From Octopus sinensis (taxonomy: Eukaryota), in NCBI RefSeq assembly GCF_006345805.1, contig NC_042997.1:150970001-151034000 (forward strand): a stretch of DNA of 64,000 nt, written 5' to 3'. A program made the position numbers and the translations under genes. Under the pieces are notes generated by a model. The model searched no databases. It worked only from the letters and a program-made list of their open reading frames with translations, and was not told the DNA's origin. This document shows positions 1 through 14,425 of the stretch, in pieces. The number at the start of each line of letters is the position of its first letter. The stretch's first letter is position 1.

Positions 1-7
1 ACATACA

Positions 8-43
<36 letters not shown>

Positions 44-56
44 CACATACATATAT
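1..56. repeat. (CATA)n/(TA)n microsatellite
   Basis: Tandem acat/cata units are directly visible. Confidence 0.95.
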
Positions 57-199
57 TCATAAATACAGTAAAACAGCATTCAATAAAACAGTGGCCAGCA
101 ATGTGTCTGCAGTGCCAGTACACATACACGCATTGGGGCTGCTTGGTTCAATGCTTGTTGAGATCCGAGCCATTGATGTAAAAAGCACGCTAATTTCCA

Positions 200-1150
200 C
201 ATAAACAGTGACGGAGACTGCTCCTATCTAAAACGAAAACAATGGGGCAGAATCTTAACATCGATCAAAAAGCCTTTTGAATGTCACATAATACTCCTTC
301 TGCAACATATTTTATGTACCAAGAGTCGAAGTCCATCCCTTGACCAAGTTTTCATGCATGAAGCTATCAGCTTATTGTATGAAGACTTGGAAGGCAGCTC
401 CTTGAGCAACACTCTTTATCTGATATCCTAGAATACATGCTCAAAGAGGTCGAACGACTCTACCGCAACGTATTATGAGATGAAATGATGAGCCTATATA
501 AACAGAAAACTATGTATATATATGTCAGTAGAAAGCTCTGCGATGATAGTAACATCGATCTTCAAAGCAGTTTATTCTGGCCCAATAGCCGAAATACTAC
601 CTCCCACTTTGAAGGATATGCGTTTGCAATCCATGAGCAGGAAATATCAGCCAAATACCTAATGCACAAAAGGGATACAGATGTAGGAATAGCAGTAAAA
701 TGTGACAATCGATGTAGACTTTGTGGAGCCCACACTGAAGATATGACACACATCATAAGCAGTTGTCCGATAATGTCATCACGGTATTATCTGCCGATTA
801 GACATGATGTAGCTAGGACACTCAATGATGAAATCCGTCGGAAGGATTATCCCGAGGACAAAGAAATAAAAACCACTCACAATGTGGTAGAAGCCATAGG
901 CACTCATAATAGAAAAGGAATACTGGTGGAATATCCCCGTGAAGACCTCAAAATAAAATGCAAGGGCAACAGATCTGATATAATGATTTTGGATGGAGAA
1001 CAGAAACTGAGCACAGTGGAAATTTGCTGCTCAGCGGATGTTAACATAAGTTTGAAGCTCAGTGAAAAAGAGAAAACCTATGCTGAACAATTGAGATATC
1101 TGCAGTTACTCTATCCCAATGCTTCTCAAAAACAGAGAGGAGAAATCTAA
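200..1150 (+). mobile_element. Decayed 3' part of an RLE-type non-LTR retrotransposon (R2/R4-Dong/NeSL-like): RT thumb remnant, CCHC knuckle and restriction-like endonuclease
   Basis: ORF 485-1150 contains CRLCGAHTEDMTHIISSC (CCHC), RHD, RSDIMILD (RPD-like) and EICCSADVNISLKLSEKEKTY (D/E..K endonuclease core). Upstream FYVPRVE resembles the LYVPRxxGGRG thumb motif. Boundaries are approximate. Confidence 0.8.
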
Positions 1151-4100
1151 TTCGAAGGCTACAGAACCAGCCCATCACAGGAACTGTAAAGTCTGTAAAA
1201 CTTTTGGGAAGATTATCATTTAAATAGTTATGAGCATGTCTAGACATGCAACTATATGCATGAGAATACAGACATAAAACATGCACATACATACATACGT
1301 ACGTAATTCCATACGTGCATTAATACCCTGTTGTTGATGTTCATATTCCAATAAAGGTGCCTTGGATACAGTTTAGAAACCGGTTCTTTCTCTATTTGCA
1401 AGAAATATTGAACAATGTATGTCATAAACTGAATAATGACATACATATATACATGCATACATGTGCCTATGTTTTGTGTATATCCACACAGGACAAAGGA
1501 AAATTACAACATGATTTGTTCAGCACCCTGGTTTTGTACAATAATAGCCTAAAATATACTGCAAAATAACTCCACATAACAGTGCACAGTTCTTCTTTAC
1601 AGTTTCAACTGACACTTACACAACAGTATCATTTACTGAAAACAATAGAGAAGCTGGACATGAAAGGAAGAGCATTGATCAGGATATTTGTTTCTGCGTG
1701 TAAAATAAAAAGATCTCCAAACAATCAGAGTCATCTACATCTCTGTTTAACTGTGCAACTATAATAAAAAAAATAGTATCTCCGTTAATCCAGCCAATAA
1801 AATATAAAATTAAAATGATAATACACACAGAAATACTCACATAATGATTATTATAAGGAAACATATGTGCTATCATAAGTTGTACATCGACGATTATTGT
1901 AGCAGATATGCGGCAACAATCGTGGTTAGATAGCGTCGACTTAATATGATTTTAAACGCTCGCTATATCTACTAGTAGTAATAACCATTTCACCGTCAAA
2001 ACGAGGAAGATATTGGATACATTGTGCCTTAGAAAATGATGGGATGACACTAACTGGAACACATTTGATCACGGGTTTCCTCTCACAGTAACGATAATGA
2101 GCTACACTGACGCGAACACAAGATGAACAAAAAATAGAAGCAACAGAATGTGCAGAAGGAAATGTACACACACTGCATGATTAACCACTCATACTGCAAC
2201 GAAGGGTCGACTTGCGCATATACGAAACTGACAAAAGGAACATCACTATATTTAATACTTGCCACCAGCACAAAGGCTATGTACGAAGTGTAGAACGAAA
2301 GAAGCAAATACAAATATAAATCGTGCTCCAATATTTAGGTGAATGTCCGCATGTAATACCCGAAGAGAGATCAGAAATAGAAATAGAACTCATACAAGTA
2401 AAATGATTGAACTGGCCACAAACTAAACATATGATCTTACAAGGCAAGGAAGGCATCATGAAATACTACACCCCTTACAAAGCATCTAAACTCTCATAAC
2501 TGGGAAATAAGAAGACACCAATAAAAATTGAGCAAGGAAGAAGAACGAAATTAAATATTAATGAAATGAGATACCATGTGAATAGAAAAGATATTGGATG
2601 TAAATCGAAGGTTGCAAATGTGTTACTTTTAAAGTTATGCTGCATAAAATAATTTGTACATGGTTAGCGCTTCTTCAAGCAGAATCATATTAGTGAAACT
2701 AATACTAAAATATTCTACCATATCTTGAATAACGTTCACCAGAAATAAATATAGAAATACATTAGCAGAAAGTGTGAAATGAATATATAAAACATGATCA
2801 TATCCACAAGCAACTGGAATACACCCAAAATTGATAAACCGTTCCAATTTATGTTTAGAATATTTAAACAGTATACGCAATGGTTTGCATCAGCAATCAG
2901 TTAATTAAAAAATAACATCCAACTAAGAATACGTCACTAGTCATTAAGAGTAAAAGCAAAATTTTAATTACCAGAATCAAAGGCAACAATACACACATAA
3001 CTTCGGAATATAACGTGTCTACCAAAATTTTGCGAAGCATAGGCTTTTACGTTCTGCTACGGGTTAGCTACAGAAATGTAGATTAATATCTTAGAAGAGC
3101 GGAGAGTATGTAAGAAAGATTTGACTCCCTCTGTTATAAAGAAGAAATAAATAAAAGAGAAAACAAAGCCCAAAGCCCGAATATTCAAGATGAATTAAGT
3201 AACTCACTGCATATAAAAGAATACCACCAAGGCCTTAATAAAATGGAATATAACAACATTTAAAACCTGAAGAAACAATAGAAACAAACCTTTCCTCATA
3301 GAATAAAAATATTTTATAGTGATTCATAATTCTCACAACGTTTCTCTTCAGCCAAGACTGCCATAACATTTTTGCCGATTGAAGTATCATTGGTTGCATA
3401 TTATATGGGAAAGCGTTAAACCTTATTCTCAATATCGATGAGTTAAACTATACCTGTAAGTGACAGCAGCCACTTGAAATGCATACAAAATTGAACACCA
3501 AGTCAGAAATGACATGAACATGTGTATGATATGTAGTAAATGTGACAACTTTTAAATAATCTTGAAAAAGCAATAAGCATGTGGCTGGATATGAAAGCAA
3601 ATCTGTACCAATCCTAACCAGAACACCAGACGTGATAACAGCATTGGAATGATATCGGACAATTATAAATCATAAAGTTAACTCAGCTTCTTAATCTCAC
3701 GTGGTGCATCCTACATTCTATGTAAAACATCGTATGTTGCTGTAAAAAAATCACCTTACAATCGGGTGCTTCCGGTTCAAGCGTTGCTCCCCTCCGCCGA
3801 ATATTTCACAGTTTCTGAGTTATATTGTGACATACATATGGCATCCACTCAGTTGAAGCTCATCGTCTCTATAGCAAATAATTCAAAAATCTTTGTATTG
3901 CAGAGCTGCATGTGATTTCACTTGAAGGAGACAATTTCTATCGACATCAAAATGCCAACAGCTGCGCAAACTGCCGGCCACTGCCAATTCTAGAATTTTT
4001 TGAACTTCAGCCATGTCTATAACGAAAGCTTATACGTCATTTACCTTTGGGAATAAAGAATACAGAAATTTCCCCTAGATTGTGGATATGGTAGAATAGG

Positions 4101-4449
4101 TTGTGGAAGAATGTAATTCCACTCTATAAAACAGCCAGTTTTCTCTTCGGGTAAGGTCTCATGAATTTCAATTACAAAGAGGAACTTGAGGGCAATCAGC
4201 GTGGACAACGTCGTGCTGGTTTCCATTAAGGAATATTTCTTTCTAAAATATGGAAAACATTGTTATTGTTGACTTATGTTTGCTTTAATTTATCTCATTT
4301 TTATTTAACCATAATAGTTTTTGAGAGAATTCTCTATTTCACTGTATGGTATTGCAAAATTCCTAGTCTTCCAAATTTTTATCATTTTACTATCATATTT
4401 GCTGTTCTTGCTTCAATAATATTAGCGGTGCCCATTTGGATGTAGGTGG

Positions 4450-5000
4450 ATGGATGTTGACTTACTCCTGAAGAGCAATCGAGATTTCTGCATGCAGCTG
4501 TATTTGAGGTGCAGAGACTGCTTCACGTAAGTAGATTTCGGAATACGTCAAAGTCATCGTGAAAGGTAAGGGTCATATTCGGTACTCTTGAGGAGTAAGC
4601 ATTCAGCATCTAAGAATGGGAAATCAGTTTGTATATGAAAAACAGTGAATGTTGGGTGGGCGCAGGGTGCAGGTGCGTGTGATAGGTTAATCGATGAGTG
4701 GGCGAGGGTGTTAGTGAATGATACAGAGTAAGAGGTTAGAGATTGTCATGGACGGGGTTGTGAGGAAAGAATGATATATTTGAATTAGAATGGGATGGCA
4801 TAGGAAGACTCCATAAGCTATGATGTTGCTGCAGAGAGCTGGGTAATGAATAACTGAATAATGAGTGAAAATTGCATTTTCAGGGAAATTAAATTGGTTG
4901 GTTGAAGACTGGAGCGCCAAGGGAGAAGAAGTGTAGACTTGTAGAATTGGCAGCTCAGAGAAGAAGATGAAGGAACGGAATTAGGAAGACAGAAGTACAC
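4450..5000 (-). mobile_element. Probable decayed Penelope-like RT C-terminal fragment
   Basis: Minus-strand translation gives ...TDFPFLDAECLLLK...IPKSTYVKQSLHLKYSC, resembling the PLE 'PFLD...IPYSQxLRLRRIC' thumb. The C/T-rich sense strand matches the PLE at 5917. There are several stops. Confidence 0.45.
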
Positions 5001-5338
5001 TAGAATACACCCCCCAAACGACTCGTCAACACCCTAAAATTACCAATCCTTATGCCACGACGGATAATGAATATAACACCGGGCTAACACTAGATAACCA
5101 TAACCTTGTAAATTCCTCTTTAGAATTCTTCTAGAATCCTATGCAGCTGTAAACTTCCAAGTTCCTGTCCTTTAGATAATATATGCCTCACTAAATATTG
5201 TCTATAAATGCGTGGTATCTGTTAAGGAGTCCAATGAAGTACCTTCAAAGCCAGGGCGGCTACGCGCTATTCTAGCTTCAAACTATTGTTGGACCTGGAT
5301 TTTATCTAATGTGTTTCCTACATTTGGATTTATTGGAT

Positions 5339-5339
5339 T

Positions 5340-5400
<61 letters not shown>
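5339..5400. repeat. (TA)n(TG)n microsatellite
   Basis: Directly visible. Confidence 0.95.
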
Positions 5401-5402
<2 letters not shown>

Positions 5403-5861
5403 CATATGTTTACCCACGTACACACAATATACACATATATAGTACACTTTCTTAATGCTGCTATAACACCGTGTGTTATAAATCCTAAATAGTTAGAGCC
5501 ACCTAATTTAGAGTTAGAAATCCTCTTCTTTATATGTGTAATTTCTAACTACTTATAAGGCAACAAAATCTCGTAAATCGCTTCATGAATACAGTAATGT
5601 TATGTGATTAGATTTACAAAAATATAAAATCAATGAAGAAAATTAGAAATGGACTTAAACTGATTCGTTTAATTAAATGTAGTCACTAATTCCTCGAATA
5701 AGAACAAAATCACATATACTATTTTGTAGTAAATATATTTAATAGGACGGGAGAAACTACAAATGTTAACAACGTGTGAATCAGATAATAGTTAAAGTGA
5801 ACTAAAAATAAAAGAAGACAATAAGCACTACATATGTATATGATAAATTGGAAGTTTACTG

Positions 5862-5916
<55 letters not shown>

Positions 5917-5918
<2 letters not shown>

Positions 5919-7760
5919 GGGAGTGGCCATGGGGAAAAGAATGGGCCCCAACTATGCGAACCTGTTCGTTGGCTACGTCGATGCCCAAATATTTTCAAGT
6001 TTCACTGGTCCCACTTCTGAACTATAGGGTCGTTATATTGATGACTGTATCGGTGCGACCTTCATCTGCGGTGAACATCTAGACGCTTTCCTCTCTTTTG
6101 TCAAATCTTTCCATCCTGTCCTCCAATTCTCCTGCACTATTTCCGACATCTAAGTCGCCTTCCTCGATATTTCACTCAGCATTCATCACTCCACTGTCAC
6201 CACCTCCATCCACTACAAAGACACAGACTCACTCTCATACTTCAAATTCTCCTCCTCCCACCCTAAATATACCAAGCTCTCTATCCCCTATTCCAGTTCC
6301 TCCGTCTACGCAGGCTCTGCAGTGGCAACAATAACTTTCAAACTCGGTTTCAACTCATGGCTCCCAACTCCATCCTATGTGGATATTTCTTCACCACTAT
6401 TCACACCGCCCTTGCTAGACCACGCTCCGTGGACCGTGCATCTGTTTTCTCCCACGCACCCGTTCCGCCGTCACCCGTCTTCCCTTTCCCCTCACCTCCA
6501 CCCCACAAACCTACCTCTCCAACGCACCATTCTCCGAGCCTTCCGGCGACTGCAGTCCGGGCCCTCCACTTTGCACATCTCCCCTAGCCGACTCCTCCCC
6601 TCCTTCAAACAAGCCCACAACCTACGGCACATCTTGGTCCACAGCTTCTTCCCTAACCCAACCTCCCAACACGACTCGTTCCCCTGCTTCCGTCCACGCT
6701 GCCGCATTTGCCCTTACCTCTCCAACACCATCCTCCTCACAGGCATCCATCATCGACCCTATCATAAAATTGGCTCTTTCACCTGCATTTCTGTCAACGT
6801 CATCTACTGCATCTCCTGCTGTCTCTGTCCTCTATACGGTCAATCGGGACGCCGCTTGGCTGACCGGTTCGCGGAACACCTACGAGACATACGACTCAGG
6901 ACCGACACCCCGGTCTCGCACCATTTCCACTCTCCCGGTCACTCTTTAAAACACCTGTCTGTGTTCGGAGTTTCTTGCCCAGGTGCCATCCGGACTCCCG
7001 TCTTCGCCGTGAGCATGGATTAATCTTCTCTCTTCGCGCCTTTGCACCATATGGGCTCAAATCTCCCCCCATCTTCATATTACCCTCCTCCTCTCTTCCT
7101 CTCACACCTCCTTCCTCCAACCCACCTCTCCTCTCATGCTCTGGCACCTACTTCCTCTCTTTATTCCTACCGACTTTCACCTTTCCACTCTCTCCCTTAA
7201 TGCCATCCAACCCCTACATATTCCAACCCTACCGTTCTTATGCAGCCCATCCGAAACCGCCTCATCCCTGACACCCCACCCTAGGTTCCCCCATTCTCGC
7301 CTCCCCCACCCCAACACGACCACACTACACTACACGCGACTACCACACCATATCACACCCCCAGTACACACTAGCAATGACCACTTCCCAGCACCTACAC
7401 TATCATACACACACCTACACATGCACGCACGCTCACGTCAATTTCCCCATCCCCCTTCCACACACATACACGCTCTCACATACACACGAACGAGCACCTT
7501 CGTTTTGGGATGACACCTACTTTATTATTTTCACTACATTATTTTCTCTCCTTCTTCCTAGCTCTCCTGTATGGCCCCGCTGTCCGGCATTCGCCATGAC
7601 AAATCGCTAGCCACTAGACGTATTTCTATTTTCCTATTTCTCTTTATTTCTATCGAAGATCGTAGGCTCGAAACGTAAAAGACTTTCTCACTTCCCGAAC
7701 GTTACACTAATACATCTGTTGTTGTTTACGCACTAATTTTATTTTGTTTCTTTTTTGTAA
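5917..7760 (+). mobile_element. 5'-truncated Penelope-like element (PLE): RT C-half, GIY-YIG endonuclease and 3' pseudo-LTR
   Basis: Reads SGVAMGKRMGPNYANLFVGY...GRYIDDCIG (PLE RT motifs), then VAFLDISL...SIPYS. ORF 6322-7023 has C-x2-C-x2-C followed by NVIYCISC..CPLYGQSGRRLADRFAEH...PVSHHF (GIY-YIG). Frameshifts and stops are present. Flanked by (TA)n at 5865-5916 and 7770-7812. Confidence 0.9.
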
Positions 7761-7769
7761 ATTCTCGAT

Positions 7770-7813
<44 letters not shown>

Positions 7814-8432
7814 GTATATATTTGTGTATGCTCGCGTTGTGATGTGAAACTTGAACTTGAAAAAGTAATTTAGATAAAGGCAAAATATCTAAAAACGTTA
7901 ATAATAATCAGTTGCCATATATATTAAGCAGAAATGGCGAGAAAAGTTGTCTGTCGGTTGTCAATATTGAGCAATATTTGAGTGCACATTAGAGTGAAAT
8001 TAAGCAAAGTTCACATATTGTGGACCAAAAGCAGGATCAGACGATTTAACTTCAACTGCATATGCTAAGAAAGTAACCAAGAAACATACAATCAGCAAAT
8101 ATAGTACCTCAGACCTTACAAACTCAGAATATATCGTCAGAAATGGTCGAATTGCAGCAACGAAATCCTGACGGACATTTTGTGTTATCTTCGATGTGAA
8201 ATGTGGGTATGAAGTATTAATGTAAGAAGATAAGATAATGAATGTTCGCAACTGGGGAGAAGAAAAAGGAAACGGCAAACAATATATTTATTCTGATCAA
8301 TATTGTCATTTCATTTGTTGATCATATTACATACCAGGACATTAACAGCTATCACAATACAAGTATACTGAGCTGGAAAATATGTTGTTTGAGGCATGAA
8401 TATGACTGCAGAACAATTAATGTATATATAGG

Positions 8433-8785
8433 ATGATAATAATTATAATAATAATAATAATAATAATAATTATAATAATAAAGAAGAAGAAGAACAACAA
8501 CAACAGCAATAACAACAAGACCAATAACAACATAATAATTATTAGTATTAGTAATAACAGGAGCAACAAGAACAAAAAGAAAGCAGGAAAAAGAGGTGGA
8601 GATAAAGAAGAAGAAGAAGAAGAAGGAGGAGGAGGAAGGGGAAAGAGAAGGGGAAAGGGGACGGGAAGGGGAAGGGGAAGAGGAAGAAGAAGAAGAAAAG
8701 AAGAAGAAGAAGAAGAAGAAGAAGAAGAAGAAGAAGGGGGAAAGGTAAGGGGAAGAGGAAGAAGAAAAAGAAGAAGAAAATAAAC
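8433..8785. repeat. Compound trinucleotide/purine microsatellite (ATA, AAG, AAC, GGA, GGGGAA)
   Basis: Directly visible; accounts for ORFs 8417-8857 and 8433-8783. Confidence 0.95.
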
Positions 8786-11700
8786 AGAAATCACCGAATA
8801 TGCAGAAATCATATCTTTACATACATTCGAAATCATAAATTTGTTAGCACAATTCACACCTTACAGCTACCGATTTCAATTTAGAATATTCTAATAGTGA
8901 ATATTCATCATTCCTTGTTGCTATACGACTCACAACTCACACTCTTACATAAAGGTAATCTGACACTATAGTGTATCACACATAGCATCATTTTAAGGAC
9001 CGACAAGATGACGTTTTAAAAGATACATTTACAAGGTTTCAGTAGTTTTACGATGGCTGCGGAGAAAGACGAGAAAATGCATTCAATAAACAGATATTGC
9101 TTCAATATCAAGCAATTACCTTGTGCTAATCAGATTACTACACAAAAAGCATCGTTCTTCTAGCAAAAGTTATTTGTTTTCCAAAATCTTGCTCACATCC
9201 TCTTGTTGCATGTTCAAAGCAGCCTTATTCCCATGTCGACTTTCCAAGAAATTTTACTCTTCCTTATATGAACTACAAAAAGGAAGATTAACCTTTGTAG
9301 TAATAAAATTTAATGATCCTGAAATCGATTTCAGTAATTAAGTTCACTGATACCAAAATGAAACATCAATTCTGACAGAATTATTAAATCTTATATAAAA
9401 AATAATCACTAGAATGACTTTTACACAAGTATGAAATTTAAAGCTAAAACAACCTTAATGTCTAGTATAACTGATTTAATTTCAGAGAAGTTTTAAATGA
9501 AGAAAATGAATTTATGTTCATAATGCGGTCGAATCATAGCATTACCTATTCTACACCCGACAACAACAGTTGGAAGCCAAACTCAGGTATTATCAATTTT
9601 TTAACTATGTGGGATTGTGAGGAGAATTCGCTCATCGCTTTGCGCGCATCTCGGTCACGCCGAGCTGACTGCACTCATAGACATGTACAATCTCTAATTC
9701 CGCGTCGGTATAATCACAGGTCAAAAATATTTAATATCCGAGTTGAAAATCCTCCAGAGAAACTTTATTAGCTTCTTTCACCCAATGAAAGAACATCACA
9801 CAAATTATCGTTCATCATGCTTGCCACACATTACTTACCAACGGTGACATTTCTCACCTAGTTACTGACAAAGGTTTGAAAATATTCTAGATACCAGGCT
9901 CCCAATCAGAGGTTGAACTTTACAGAGGCATATTATTTTGACTAAGTTTCCTTCCTTAGGTATTCGTGGACGTTTCAGTTTCAAATGTAATAGTCAGAAA
10001 AAATGTTTAAATAAATAAAAATAAGGCATCAAATTAGTGATATTTAATATAAAGTGGTAAGGAAACATTCTAATCTTTAGCACAAATATACAGTGAGAAG
10101 AATAAACGTTGATTTAACGTTTAAGGTATGTCGTGAATATAGTTAATAATTTTTAGAGAGATATGCCGTAGAGGAGGATTAGGAATAGTGATTGAATAAA
10201 TGTGCCATTTATAAGACATTTTCTTTTAAGGTGAATACAAAATTATAGATTATATTTTTCAGTATGAACAGTTAATAATCCTGAAAATGAAATAAGCGAT
10301 TAAGATCACTGATACCCATACGTAGCGTCAGTTTTGACATAATTATTAGTTATTGATTTATTATAAAATATAAGGAGAATGCCTGAAAAAGAGACTTCAA
10401 GAAATATCAAATCTAATGTTGCTTTCTCCAATTCCAGAACAACATGTAAAATATTTTAAATTTTGGAAATATAAAGAAAATTAAGAAATACAATGTAAAG
10501 GCCCCTGCAAAACCAAACAAAATAGGATTATGTCTTAAACAAGGAACATAGATATATTACGGATGATAATGAGCTTAAAGCACATACATGGCTTACTAAT
10601 GGTGTGTCTGTCTGCAACTGAAATATATTTAATAACAATAAAATTAAAATAGCGAATAAATCAAAACAGTACTGTGGAGCACGTATTCCGAATATAAACT
10701 TGGATATAAATGTGGTGTAAGCTGAATGCATTAGTTGTGAATAGAATTTCGCATAACTCCAGATGGAATTTTAATATATTTAAGAAAAAATATTATGAGA
10801 CTAGACAGATATATAACGGGGGATTCACTTGCCCAGGTATATTTAAATATTTCTGTATTAAAATCAGTTTTGGAAAATGCACACTCTTATCACAGGCTGG
10901 ATAACAACATAGAGAACTAACTATTTTTTTTAAAAAGAAATACAAAAAAAAGCGTTTGAAGTTAGCTCCTTCTGGTTTATCACATTTACAGACATACAAG
11001 CGCTGAGGGAATTCGTATATGTTGGATGGTTCACTTTCATATAAAGAATGCGACTACAGTCATTCAAGAAAGCTTTTGCATGGTAGCTCACCCTGATAGA
11101 AATAGCAACAAATCTTATAAAATCACACACTCACTGCGGTTGTAATTAAAGAATGATACATTTCACAAAAAACTTGTTACAACATCAAGATTAGAAAACT
11201 CTTGCCAATAAATCTTCCCAGGGAGTATTGACTTGTGTTACACAATAGAACATCCTTGTTCAAACTTCTGCTCAATTTCGGATGACCTGGTATGAGAACA
11301 TGACAATGTACTACTTAGACTAATAAAAGAACACGTGTGGAACGTATAGGTTTGTGTGCGGACAAAATAATATGTTGACAGGCAAAAATAGAAACAACCG
11401 AAAATGAAATAAATCATTTCTATAGCAAAGGAAAACTATTCACTGCTTCTCAAAGAAATGAAACATTTATTACGGCAACTGTTTCTTCCTGGAGTGTAGA
11501 CTTGACATGTGAACAAAAGTCACTGCGTGAAATTCAGATTAAGGAATATATTTCCCAAAGAGATATCTTATTCTTACTTCATTTTCCGTTTGTATTAATT
11601 ATTAGTTTTATATATTACGAAAAATGCAAATGTTTCTCAACACTAAAAAAAGAATCTTTTGTATCAACAATATTTCGTACCACTCAGATCTATCCCATGC

Positions 11701-11984
11701 ATCTACAATCTGCAAGTATAATATTTACAACAGTATTGACACCTCAATGCTAATAAAAGAATCACGCATTCAATCTTCGCAAATAACATCATACCCTATT
11801 GAAACAGTAAATGGAATTTAATTCTTTAAATACGGCCAGTTTGATTGTTTAACTGAGATACTAGAATAAAGTTTGACACCGACAAGTCTTCTTTAAACAG
11901 AGCAACAGCATTATTAAAATAGAATACAAGTTAAAAGCTCTTAGGTTTCTTTCTGGACCAAGAGTAAAAACAGAAAGGGAGGAA

Positions 11985-12390
11985 TATTACAATTATTTTA
12001 TCTTTTAAACTGCGCCTATGTTGGGGCACCACAATAAAATGATTAGCCGAAGAATTGCCCCAATTACTTTTCTTTTTAAAATCTGGTACTTATTCAATCA
12101 TACTCTTTTGCCGACTCGTAAAGCTACAAGAACGTAAAATCAGTAATAGAGGTTGTTAAGCGGTGGAAAATATGGGGAAGACCCAACGACGCGCACGGAC
12201 ACACACATACATATATACATATAGATATATACATATATCTTTCAATCTTTATCTGACAAATCACAGGACTGTGCTCGGCGCGGGGCTATAGTAGAAAACA
12301 CTAGCCAAAAATGTCACACCGAGGGACTGATCCTGGTACCATGCGGTTGGGATGTAAACTTCTTACCAGACACGCATGCCTGCTCCTATT
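11985..12390 (-). mobile_element. tRNA-derived CORE-like SINE, degenerate near-full-length copy (same family as 49617-50030)
   Basis: The reverse complement matches the copies at 17800 and 49617 (gtaagaag..., ctactatagcc, cttttgccga, ggtgcccc) with a central microsatellite. Confidence 0.7.
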
Positions 12391-14032
12391 TGAATTTAAA
12401 AAATCCTATTATCATCAGGAATCATTTATGTAAAGGGGATTTTTAGTGCATTCTCTATTTTCTATGTTCACACCGTGCATGTACAGTACCAAAGATAGAC
12501 GTTTCTCCATTTGTTATTTTCTGATAAAATAAATAGCTACGTTGACCGGTTGTCGTTAGGTTTTCAAGATTTTTAGTCAAAGCTCTCATTCAGCATTTTC
12601 CTTTGTTTTACATTCCCCAGGATAGGAGACGTTTACGTGTGAAAAATTATTTGACATCCTTGACTGACAAATAAATGCGTGAGTCCAAATTTCTGAATTA
12701 GAGTAAGGTCAGAGAGATATCTGCCGAAGGTATACTAAATTTAAGCAAGAATAAACTCACAGAACAGTAAAGAGATTTATCAACATATAAGCCATAAGAT
12801 TATTTATGTTGGTAATCACGTCATAAAAAAAGTTAAGAATGTGAAAATTATTACTGCTACACTAAATTTATCACAGAAAGAGGAATGGTATTTGGTAATC
12901 AAAATTACAAAATACATTAAATAACTAATGCCGTCTCTGAAGACAATAATCAATAAAATAAATAAATAAGCGCACGAAACAGATAAAGAGTGGAACATTA
13001 ATGAGAAACATTGTGACATGACAAGTTCAATCTGTAATGGAAAATTAGCAGCGAGTAAGTCAATTATTGTGGCATCCATCCAAAGGGTTAGAGACAGAAA
13101 TATAAACTGAGTATATAATCGTTGGAAGAAAAGCAGTGCGAAACAACACGCTTGTCCAACGAATGACAAAGTATCCTAAATTGTCAACCATATACGTTGC
13201 ACTCATCATTTGTTGAAACTAAATTAACCAGACCCGCTCTCATTAGAGAAAATAACCAATGAAAATTGATACAATATAGTATTAATAACGGAGGACATGG
13301 TCAGCAGAAAAGGAATATAACATGAAAACAATTATAGTAGACTTGATCAAATGAATCGTAAAATTCAAATGAATTCAGATGAACGTTACATTTAATATAA
13401 TGGGTATACGTAAAACAACGTCAGAACACTTATTCAGAAAATGATTAAGGCCGAATAGAAGGTACTGTCCAATATCCCACGTAAGATTTGAGGTAATAAT
13501 CAAGAGTGGAATCTGTGGAGATCATGTTATTGAAATTTTGCCGAAAGTAAAGGAGAGCCATTAACGTTAGGTTTTCAAATATTTCTCAATACCAAGTTGT
13601 ATTTTGTCTTTCCTGAGCGATAAAACAGGTGGCAATAAACATCTTACATCCGTTAAAATGAACTACAATTTTTATAACCAAGCTGGTCTTCTGCTAATGT
13701 CTGAAATCACTATTGAGGGTCATACATGAATAATGAGTATTCTTACAAACATACTATAATGTACAAGGAAATATTTGGTGACGTAGTTTTAAAAATATGT
13801 TCTTTTGATAAGTTCTAAATGCTATAAGCGGAACAACGTACGAAAACAAATATCACTTACCATCTAACACCATTTTTACAGACACTAGTATGAATTCCCA
13901 AACGCACCTATAAAACTGTAACATCTCTCAACTTCCTTCGTCATCTCTTTTCACATTTGTAGCTGAAATTATCGCACTTGTCTATCAATGAGCTTATATG
14001 TTCAACAACGTTTATTACTGTTATTCAAGGAC

Positions 14033-14246
14033 AGGCGGCAAGCTGGTAGAATCGTTAGCACCCCCGGCAAAATACTTAACGGTATTTCGTCCGTCCTTAC
14101 GTTCTGAGTTCATATTCCGATGAAGTCGACTTTGCATTTTATCCTTTCGGGGTCAATTGAATAAATACCAGCTGAACAATGGAATCGGTGTAATCAACAT
14201 ATCCACTCCTGAACTTGCTGGCCGTGTGCAAAACATTTGAAATGAT
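14033..14246 (+). mobile_element. tRNA-derived SINE (aggcggcaagctggtagaatcgttagc... family)
   Basis: A-box-like ggcaagctggtagaa and B-box-like gagttcatattcc, followed by a cctttcggggtc...taccagctga core shared with 14285, 16185 and 32100. Confidence 0.8.
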
Positions 14247-14284
14247 AAACGGCAATTACTCTCGCTTTAGTTTATGAGTTCAAA

Positions 14285-14425
14285 TTACACCGACTTTGAC
14301 TAATATCCTTTCGGGATTGATGAAATAGGTACCAGTTGAGCACTGGGTTCAGTGTATAGATTATATTCCCCCAATCTCGAAATTGCTGGCGTTGGACCAG
14401 AATTTGAGACCATTATTATCAATGT
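14285..14425 (+). mobile_element. 3' half of the same SINE family
   Basis: cctttcgggattgatgaaataggtaccagttgagcactggg...aattgctggc...atttgagaccattatt is similar to 14140-14246. Confidence 0.7.

Noticed and set aside
1880-2640. Purine-rich stretch that looks like a decayed ORF
   Set aside because: Multiple stops and no recognisable motif; it could not be assigned to any family.
12595-12685. Strong polypyrimidine-CAG acceptor and GTGAGT donor around a 58-nt segment
   Set aside because: All three frames contain stops and no neighbouring exons are supported. It could be a UTR exon but is unsupported.
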